From NCBI GenBank assembly GCA_041694835.1, contig JBGFRZ010000013.1:1-30653 (forward strand): DNA of 30,653 nucleotides, given 5' to 3'. Source of the DNA: Ignavibacteria bacterium. Lineage in GTDB: Bacteria > Elusimicrobiota > Endomicrobiia > PHAN01. The position numbers were made by a program, and so were the translations under genes. The notes below the pieces were generated by a model. It had not been told where the DNA came from and ran no database searches. It saw nothing but the letters and a program-made list of their open reading frames with translations. Position 1 is the first letter of the stretch, and each line of letters starts with the position of its first letter. Below, one piece after another: positions 9,329 through 16,800 of the stretch.

Positions 9329-10727
9329 CCGTCTTTACGCTCAGACATCTATAATGGAAGAAAAATTGCTCTTCGAGAAGTCCATACAGGATCGCGCGGA
9401 GAAAATCGTTGAGAAGATAACCGGCTCAAAAGAAATGATAGTTCTTACCACCGTGGAACTTGAATATGAGGAACAACCACAAGAAGAGAAGCCCGTTTTT
9501 CCCGGCGCTATGAGAGCCGAAGAGGACTATCTTCCCGGGATAACATATTCTTATGTTCCTTTCGACACTCACAGCATGGGCAGGCGGAACATAATCATAA
9601 GAAGAATAACGGTTCTGATAACTCTCCCGCTTGAAACCGCAGAAGCCGTCGTTGAAAGAATCAAAAAAGAAACCAATGAACTTTTAGGTTTAAATCCCTT
9701 GAGGGGGGATATTATAAACATCGCCAGAATAGCGTTTTCGAGGCCCGAAAGAAATCTCGCCACTTACTTTCAGGATTATTCGCAGCATATTTACTGGCTA
9801 TTTCTGGCGCTTCTTCTGACTTTGTTTTTGTTCGGCCCGCTCAGGCACTTTTTTAAGACGGTAGTAAAAGCTATGGAGTTGCGCATTGAAGCCGATACAA
9901 GGATAAGAAGCGCCGAAGCGTTAGGAGTGGGAGCGGGCGGTCCCGGAGTTCCTTTCGGAGGCGGACCAATCGAGTTGACGCTTGACAGAAAAAGACCGCA
10001 ACTGAAGGAAGGAGAACAAAATATCATGAAGAGATTTGGTTTTATCAACGATTCAAATTTGAAGAATTTGCTGTATCTTTTAAAGAAAGAGCCCCCCGAT
10101 ACGATTGCTGTCGTGATAAGTTATCTCCCGCCCCACATGGCCCCTCAAATTTTAGGTTCATTGCCGCCAACGATACAGGCGGATGTGGCGATGAATTTAG
10201 CATCCGTCAAGATACTCGATCCAGAGCAGGTCGACGCCATTGAAAAAGATATAAAAACAAAAATCGACTATCTGCTCGGCGGAGAGGAAAATCTCATGCA
10301 GCTTCTTGACAACGTGGACAGAGATGCTCAGGAAAACATACTTAAAACCCTTGAAATGGAAAACCCGGTTTTGGCGGCAAAATTGAAGAGCCATATGTTT
10401 TTCTTTGAGGATTTAGTCGTTCTTGAGAAGACATCTGTCCATAAGGTGCTCAGAGAATGCCAGAGAAGGCAGATTTCAATGGCTCTTGCCCTGAAAAACG
10501 CATCCGATGAGCTCAAAGTTAAAATTATGGACACGCTCACGGAGGGTGCAAAAGCCATGCTCGCCGAACAAATCGACCTTTTGGGAGAAGTGGCCGAAAA
10601 AAGGCTCATGGAAGAAAGAAAGCTCGTCGAAGCGGTGGTAAAAGAACTTGAGAAAAACGGCGATATTGTTATCGACAGAACGAAAAAACAAAAACGGGAT
10701 GATTTCGATTTAGTGACGAGAAAGTAA
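9204..10727 (+). CDS. FliF-like ring-building motif, TM helix and FliG middle/C-terminal domains in one fusion protein
   Basis: FEKSIQDRAEKIVEKITG..IVLTTVELEY and IRRITVLI...ELLGLNPLRGDIINIARIAF resemble FliF RBM3. TM segment IYWLFLALLLTLFLFG. EPPDTIAVVISYLPP is an EHPQ-like FliG_M motif; MFFFEDL (MFXF) and MALALKNAS mark FliG_C. Start uncertain: the ORF is open from 9096, with an in-frame ATG at 9204. Confidence 0.82.
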   Translation: MVARGSWLVARFRQSPVTSHQSLLPIAYCLFFTIAYCLLPTARLYAQTSIMEEKLLFEKSIQDRAEKIVEKITGSKEMIVLTTVELEYEEQPQEEKPVFPGAMRAEEDYLPGITYSYVPFDTHSMGRRNIIIRRITVLITLPLETAEAVVERIKKETNELLGLNPLRGDIINIARIAFSRPERNLATYFQDYSQHIYWLFLALLLTLFLFGPLRHFFKTVVKAMELRIEADTRIRSAEALGVGAGGPGVPFGGGPIELTLDRKRPQLKEGEQNIMKRFGFINDSNLKNLLYLLKKEPPDTIAVVISYLPPHMAPQILGSLPPTIQADVAMNLASVKILDPEQVDAIEKDIKTKIDYLLGGEENLMQLLDNVDRDAQENILKTLEMENPVLAAKLKSHMFFFEDLVVLEKTSVHKVLRECQRRQISMALALKNASDELKVKIMDTLTEGAKAMLAEQIDLLGEVAEKRLMEERKLVEAVVKELEKNGDIVIDRTKKQKRDDFDLVTRK

Positions 10728-10730
10728 TTT

Positions 10731-10756
10731 AGTGGCTTGTGGCTGGTGACTCGTGG
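10731..10756 (+). repeat. GTGGCTY heptamer array (left arm around four-helix-bundle gene 2)
   Basis: agtggcttgtggctggtgactcgtg matches the reverse complement of 11108-11132 at 22/25 positions. Confidence 0.85.
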
Positions 10757-10767
10757 ATAGAGGGAAA

Positions 10768-11136
10768 ATGATTAAGAGTTACAAAGAGCTTGAAGTGTGG
10801 CAGTTGGGGGTAAAGTTGGTTAGTGAGATATGCCGACTATCAGAAAAACTTCCGGCGAAAGAAATATATGGGCTGGTTTCACAGATAAGGAGAGCGAGCT
10901 TATCAATCCCCTCTAACATAGCGGAAGGTCAGCAGAGACATTATCGCAAGGAGTTTGTGCAGTTTTTATATCAGGCATTGGGTTCACTTGCAGAACTTGA
11001 GACGCAACTCATCTTGGTTGATGAAGTTTATGGGGTTAAACTGCCGAACAGTGAAATTGTGGATAAACTCGGCAAAAAACTAAGGTCTCTGATCAAATCC
11101 CTCGAATCACGAGCCACAAGCCACGAGCCACTTTAA
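10768..11136 (+). CDS. Four-helix-bundle protein (23S rRNA-IVP / S23-like, Avd-related family)
   Basis: IKSYKELEVWQLG, LPAKEIYGLVSQIRRASLSIPSNIAEG, FLYQALGSLAELETQL. ATG at 10768 follows agaggg. The C-terminal RATSHEPL is encoded by the repeat arm. Confidence 0.93.
   Translation: MIKSYKELEVWQLGVKLVSEICRLSEKLPAKEIYGLVSQIRRASLSIPSNIAEGQQRHYRKEFVQFLYQALGSLAELETQLILVDEVYGVKLPNSEIVDKLGKKLRSLIKSLESRATSHEPL
11108..11132 (+). repeat. RAGCCAC heptamer array (right arm)
   Basis: cacgagccacaagccacgagccact. Confidence 0.85.
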
Positions 11137-11153
11137 TAAAAAAAGGAGTTTTT

Positions 11154-11921
11154 ATGGATTTAATGACATTCGTTGGAATTATTCTCGGCGGAGCGGCGGT
11201 TTATTACACAATGCATGTCGGCGGTATTGCCGCTCTTCTTTGGAACCTGCCGGCCGCGGTTCTGGTATTCGGTGGAACGCTCGGCGCGACGTTTGTGACA
11301 TATCCTTTCAATCTCATAGTAAAAGTGCCCAAGGCCATGCTCATGCTTTTTTTCCCGCCGAAAAGAAACACGCCCCAATATACTATTAATTTACTTGTGC
11401 AGCTTGCCGAGAAAGCCAAAAAAACCGGCATCGATTCACTGCAAGACGAATTCGTCCGAATAAAAGATACGTTTCTGGAAGACGGACTTCAGATGGTATT
11501 AGACGGTATGGACCCTAATGTCGTCAGAGAAAACCTAGATAAAGAAATCGTTTTCTTAAGAAGAAGACACTCTCAGGTTACGGCTATATTTAAAAGCATG
11601 GGCGCTTACGCTCCCATCTTCGGACTCCTTGGGACTCTCATCGGAGTTGTTCAGGTGCTTCAGAATCTGACTGACCCTGCTTCATTGGGCGCATCGATGG
11701 CGGTGGCTGTCACAACGACATTCTATGGCATATTCGGAACGAATTTTCTGTTTTTGCCCGCCGCCGGGAAACTCTCCTCGCATACTGAGCAGGAGGTTCT
11801 TCTCAAAGAGGTGGCGATTGAAGGAATCCTCTCGATTCAGCAAGGAGATATCCCCTTGATAGTTTCAAGAAAACTTCATGCGTATCTTGCATATAAGACC
11901 AGAAAAGAGAAGAAAAAATGA
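11154..11921 (+). CDS. motA: MotA/PomA-family stator protein
   Basis: MDLMTFVGIILG start, VFGGTLGA, APIFGLLGTLIG, AVAVTTTFYG, FLPAAGKL, EGILSIQQG; RBS aaggag upstream. Confidence 0.95.
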   Translation: MDLMTFVGIILGGAAVYYTMHVGGIAALLWNLPAAVLVFGGTLGATFVTYPFNLIVKVPKAMLMLFFPPKRNTPQYTINLLVQLAEKAKKTGIDSLQDEFVRIKDTFLEDGLQMVLDGMDPNVVRENLDKEIVFLRRRHSQVTAIFKSMGAYAPIFGLLGTLIGVVQVLQNLTDPASLGASMAVAVTTTFYGIFGTNFLFLPAAGKLSSHTEQEVLLKEVAIEGILSIQQGDIPLIVSRKLHAYLAYKTRKEKKK

Positions 11922-12055
11922 GTAGAGCAGCAGAGGACAGAGGACAGAGAACAGAGGTCAGGGAAAAACCTCTCACCCCTCACCTCTCGCCTCTCATCTC
12001 TGACCTCTCACCTCTGTTTGCTATTCTCTATCTTTATCTCTACCTACTATCTATT
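11922..12055 (+). repeat. Gene-less purine/pyrimidine heptamer repeat cassette
   Basis: ACAGAGG units followed by CTCTCAC and CTATCTA units; the 33 bp at 11931-11963 are identical to 22566-22598. Confidence 0.85.
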
Positions 12056-12056
12056 T

Positions 12057-12163
12057 ACCCCGCACCACAGAAAGCACCGTCTGTAAAGACGGGGAATGAA
12101 GGGGAACGGTTTTCCCGCAGGGTTATTCCACAAAGCCACGCCTGTAAAGGCGTGGTGCGGGGT
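12057..12163. mobile_element. Miniature palindromic element (12-bp terminal inverted repeats, two GTAA-loop hairpins), possibly IS200/IS605-derived
   Basis: Termini accccgcaccac / gtggtgcggggt. Hairpins ccgtct-gtaa-agacgg (12077-12092) and ccacgcct-gtaa-aggcgtgg (12136-12155), each beginning at or just after an aaagc motif. Confidence 0.5.
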
Positions 12164-12174
12164 TTACTAAAAAT

Positions 12175-12825
12175 ATGGCATTGCTAAAATTTTTCAGAGA
12201 CAGACGTTCAAGAACCCGCGACGAAGATGGTGCCGGCAGCATGATATGGCTCACTGTTTATTCCGACATGATGACGAATCTGATGATGTTTTTTTTAATG
12301 CTTTTTGCACTTACGCGTATGTCGTCGTCCGTCAGAGAAGATGTTATGCACGCCTTGCAGGAACAATTTAGTGACAAAGAGGTTGAAAAAACTCAGGCGC
12401 AGGAAGACAGCAAAGAAAAGATGGAAGAGTTAAAGAAAATCGCATATGTGGAAGAAACCGAGTCAAGAATACAAATCACGCTTCCAGCCCCCGTGTTATT
12501 TGATATAGGCAAGGCGGACATTAAAGAAGGGACAAAACATGCGCTTTCCGACTTGGCGACCACTATCAAGGGGTCGAAGTATCCGATAATAATAGAAGGA
12601 CATACCGACAATGTGCCGATAACGGGCGGACAATTCAGGTCCAACTGGCAACTCTCGGCGGCGCGCGCGTTTGCCGTATTGAATTATTTTATAGAAATCG
12701 AAAAAATTTCTCCCGGGCGACTTTCTGCTCTCGGCTACGGAGAATATCGCCCGGTTGCATCCAACGAGACAGAGGATGGCCGCGCACAAAACAGACGCAT
12801 CGAAATAATACTAGTAAAAAAATAG
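12175..12825 (+). CDS. motB: MotB/PomB-family stator protein 1 (OmpA-like peptidoglycan-binding domain; Asp retained)
   Basis: TM WLTVYSDMMTNLMMFFLML (Asp31); LFDIGKA, IEGHTDNVP, NWQLSAARA, GYGEYRP, NRRIEI. Confidence 0.93.
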   Translation: MALLKFFRDRRSRTRDEDGAGSMIWLTVYSDMMTNLMMFFLMLFALTRMSSSVREDVMHALQEQFSDKEVEKTQAQEDSKEKMEELKKIAYVEETESRIQITLPAPVLFDIGKADIKEGTKHALSDLATTIKGSKYPIIIEGHTDNVPITGGQFRSNWQLSAARAFAVLNYFIEIEKISPGRLSALGYGEYRPVASNETEDGRAQNRRIEIILVKK

Positions 12826-12910
12826 TAGATAGTAGAGATAGAGTTGGGAGATAAGAGTTTAGAGTGTAGAAATGTCCGGTAGTGTCTCTAAACTCTAAAC
12901 TTATCAATTT

Positions 12911-13615
12911 ATGAAAAAAGAGAACCCCGAAATCCAAATTGGCTCCCACGGAAGATGGGGAAATGCCACCGTCGAATCCGATACTGAAAGCGAGTCGCTG
13001 TGGCTTGTGCCTTACGGCAATATGATGACGGTTTTGATGGTTTTATTTTTGATTCTTTACTCGTTTGCGTACTTGGGAGACACAAGCGGCTATGAAAAAA
13101 TAGTTACAAGACTCCAGAGCGAGTTCGCAAAGCTCGACAGAAGAAAAGCCGAAAAATTCGAGCCCAAACAGCAAGAAGCCCATGTCGCAGAAGAGATTGC
13201 GGATTACTTTTCGGAAAAGGGCCTGGACAAGATAGCGAATGTCGACATAAACGCACAGAGAATCAGAATTCAACTTGCAACCCCCGTTCTTTTCGGTTCG
13301 GGGGAAGCGGCGCTCAAAACCGATTCAGTCGCCATCCTTAACGAAATAGCAACTCTTATCAGGAAAGTGCCCAACAAAGTCATAATTGAAGGTCATACTG
13401 ACAACATACCTATAAAAACCGCAGAGTATAGTTCAAACTGGGAACTCTCCGTTGACAGAGCCATAAATGTCATAAACTATTTCGGCTCAATAGGTATTCT
13501 TCCTGAAAGATTTGCCGCCGCCGGCTACGGTGAATTTCAGCCCGTTTCTTCTAACGACACCCCCGAAGGTCGTTCCAAAAACAGACGAATCGAAATAATA
13601 ATCGTAAGAACATAG
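12911..13615 (+). CDS. motB: MotB/PomB-family stator protein 2 (conserved Asp replaced by Asn)
   Basis: TM WLVPYGNMMTVLMVLFLIL (Asn37); LFGSGEA, IEGHTDNIP, NWELSVDRA, GYGEFQP, NRRIEI. Confidence 0.9.
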   Translation: MKKENPEIQIGSHGRWGNATVESDTESESLWLVPYGNMMTVLMVLFLILYSFAYLGDTSGYEKIVTRLQSEFAKLDRRKAEKFEPKQQEAHVAEEIADYFSEKGLDKIANVDINAQRIRIQLATPVLFGSGEAALKTDSVAILNEIATLIRKVPNKVIIEGHTDNIPIKTAEYSSNWELSVDRAINVINYFGSIGILPERFAAAGYGEFQPVSSNDTPEGRSKNRRIEIIIVRT

Positions 13616-13694
13616 ATTAGTAGATAGTAGATAGGGGATAGGGAAAAAACGAGCGCAAGATGTCAGGGGATAGTCACTATTTGCCATTCCCTAT

Positions 13695-13768
13695 CTGACA
13701 ACGTTCAGGACATTACACCGCTAAACAGTTTCAGATATTCCAGTAAACGATGTCCTAAATGTTGTCAG
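13695..13768. repeat. 19-bp imperfect inverted repeat downstream of the motor cluster
   Basis: ctgacaacgttcaggacat (13695-13713) versus atgtcctaaatgttgtcag (13750-13768), 17/19 complementary. Confidence 0.7.
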
Positions 13769-13861
13769 CTATTACTTATGAGACAAAGCACTGGATGGCT
13801 CTTTGGTGAAAGTTTTTTATTTTTAGTGTAAGGTTGGTAAACCCAATTCGGAGAAGATATT

Positions 13862-16800
13862 TTGAGAAAAAAAATCTTTATAATCCACGGTTTTGGATTG
13901 AAAGACGGCACTGGATGGGAGGCGGGCGGCGATCTGGATACCGTTTCGTCAAATGTGTTTTATACTGTCTGGGCGGAGAATGAAATCGCAAAACAAAAAG
14001 GCGAGCCAGCCATCAGAGGTGTTGATTACGACTACGATTTTGTCAACTACTCCGAAGGACTTTCACACCTCGTGGTCCACTCCGGCTGCGACGTCTATAT
14101 TCCGGACTTCCCCATTGACGCCCTTTCGCCCCGTCTTGAATTATTGTATCTTCCGGATCCAGACGTAGCTCAACGGATAAATGAATTTAATAAAAAGTTG
14201 TTTGATTTAAAGATATGGATTGCTCAAAATTCAGCGCATATTGGAGATTACTTCAAAAAAATTTTCAACTCTGCGTATAAACAGAAAACCAAAGTAATTG
14301 AACATCCCGATGTGTTTTCGCTTAAGGCCTCCATCTGTATATTGACGATAATCAGGTCATGCGCCGAGTTGTCTTTGATTATGAAAAAAGGGGGGTTTAC
14401 TTCCATTGAAACGTATCTTAAATCGATTGCAGAAAATATCACGGGCAATCAACTTAAAGAGGCAAAAAACTACATTGTTGAATTGATGGGAGGTTATCTT
14501 AAGGAAGAGCAGATGGATATGCTTGACGATGAGGAAGCGATTCTGAAAATTGAGGAATCTAATGACAAGGATTTCTCCGCGAAGGGTCGTATAAACTATA
14601 CTGATGATATTTTGATTATAGCTTCCGAAAGCATGGCGTACGCTGTCAGAAATTATATCGCATCAAAATCTCTTGCCTTTAATAAACAGAATAGCGAAAA
14701 ATTGGCGGCGACCTCGCTTGAAATTGCGGCAACAATGTCGGCGCTATTCAAGAACATATCCAGAGCGTCCCTTGAATTTTTATCTAGCGATGCAACGGCG
14801 TCTGTTAAAGAAGTTGCTTCGCTTGCCGAGGCGGTTAAGAATGCATCCGAAAATATTGCTGAAATGGCAAATGAAATCAAATCCACCCCTGTGCCACCTG
14901 AGGGAATCAAACAGAAACTGACGGTAATACTTATGGAGCAATCTTCAGGAAAAACCATTTCGGGGATTAAAATAACTTTCCAAAAAATTCTCGGCAACGG
15001 CTTTTTCGAAGATGATAAAGGAAATAAAATAACGACTCCTGCCATAACGGTCGAAACCGATAAGGACGGCGTAGCATTTATACATTACCTTAAAACAACT
15101 TCAAATGAACAATTTCAAATATCGGCAACTTATGACGATGTAAAGTATTTAATGCTCCCCGAAGAAATTGTAAGTGCGGCGGATTCAAGTTTTGTCGAGG
15201 AGATTCTTGAAGAAGAGGATGAGGATTCGCAAATTGACAGGGCGATGGGCGTTTCTCTAAAAATTCTTGAGAAAGAACTCCGGGAGCTTGCTCGGAACGA
15301 TGTCAATATAGCGAGTTTGACCGATCATCATCCTTATACACAGGTTGTTTATGAGTTGTTGTCCAGATTGCACGACGAAGGCGTTATTAAGGAATTTAAC
15401 ATTCAAGCCTCCGCAAGAGGCGATGAACTGCCCATAGAAAAACAGGTCTGCGGAGCTAATATAGTTTATGGCCCCAGGATAGCCGGCAAAGAATGGGAGA
15501 ACGAGGGCTTGAAAGAATTGAATAACCTTGCTCGCCTTCAGGACCTTCATATACAGAAAATACCGCTTGCGATTTCGCTCTCAAAACTAATCGGTTCAAA
15601 GCATTCAAAAGTCGATATGGTGCAAAAATTGTCAAAAATTACCGACAAAAAATCACTCGATGAGATAATGACGACCACCGGTTGGGCTGACATAGTTGCT
15701 GATTATGAGGGACGGCTTTCCAATGTGCTTCCCCGCTCGGAAGAGACCGCAGCTTTGATAAAATTAAAAAAAAGGATTCACGGCATTAAAAAATATATAG
15801 ACGAACTGTTTAAGAAACTGGGCAAAAAAGACAAAAATGAAATAGAGATTCTATCGTGTTTATCGCCATTTTGCGACCCTCGAAAAAACGAGCCGCAGAT
15901 CAATGTCGCTTCAGCGATAGAACATATAATCAATAAGAAGCGCAAGAAAGCGGATTATTTTTTCTACTGCTACGGCGCTAATATTTTAACTCAGAGAAAA
16001 ATGGATAATAACGACGAAAGAATCAATCTGAGCACGCTTTCCCAATTTATAGGAACGAAAGCCGACGGAGGCCATTCGGGTGCCGCGACCTGCAAACCAA
16101 TGTCAAATCCGAACTTTCCGAAAAAACGTCTTTCGGCGGTTAGGGACAATAATTTTCTTGAGTACCTGTATTATCTCGGTGACAAAATGGCGAATTATAC
16201 GGGTTTTAATCTTGATACGATAGAAATACTCACTTTCGACGACGTGTCGCAGCAGGTAATGAAAAATCTTGAGAAAACGGAAAATTTAATGGCTGAAGTG
16301 ACGATAAAAAGTGGATGGAAGCGAAAAAAAATACTCATAGTAAAACTGCCTAAATTCGAAAGCATCACGAAAGATGATATTCCCTCGTTTTTCCAGATTG
16401 CCGGATATCTCACCAACAACTATAGATTCGATTATTTGTTTGCGATTCAAGGAGCACTCGGCAAAATAATTATGGCAAACATAAACGATATATATTCAGA
16501 GATAGACCTTGAAAAAATCGCCCAAGCGGTCGGATGGAAATATGATTTGGGTGATAGACGTTTTACAATCGCGTCCCCGAGAAGAAACAAGAAAATACCG
16601 AAAGAAATGCGTTTTTTCAAGGAAGACCAGTTTTATCAAGTGTGCGGATTTATTTCCCGATTGATAGAAACAACCATTTCATCCGACGAAGAAAAGTGGA
16701 AAATACACGCGATTCTGGCGCCGCGTCTGTTGAAAATATCAAAAGAAATTGATGAGGTCTCTTCAAAATTAAAACGCTCTATGTATGAAGCCAATCTTAT

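Noticed and set aside
7080-11136. Diversity-generating retroelement suggested by the Avd-related four-helix-bundle genes
   Set aside because: There is no reverse transcriptase and no TR/VR pair differing at adenines in the window; the 121-bp repeat at the right end is exact.
11918-12187. 89-aa ORF between motA and motB
   Set aside because: It is a translation of the repeat cassette and the palindromic mini-element (EDRGQRTE, HLSPLIS) with no protein-family signal, although its ATGA overlap with motA means read-in translation cannot be excluded.
11154-13615. Zorya (ZorA/ZorB) anti-phage system or ExbBD/TolQR
   Set aside because: MotA is canonical length without the long ZorA tail, no ZorC/D/E is present, both B subunits have MotB-type TM and OmpA-like domains, and a FliG-like rotor is adjacent.
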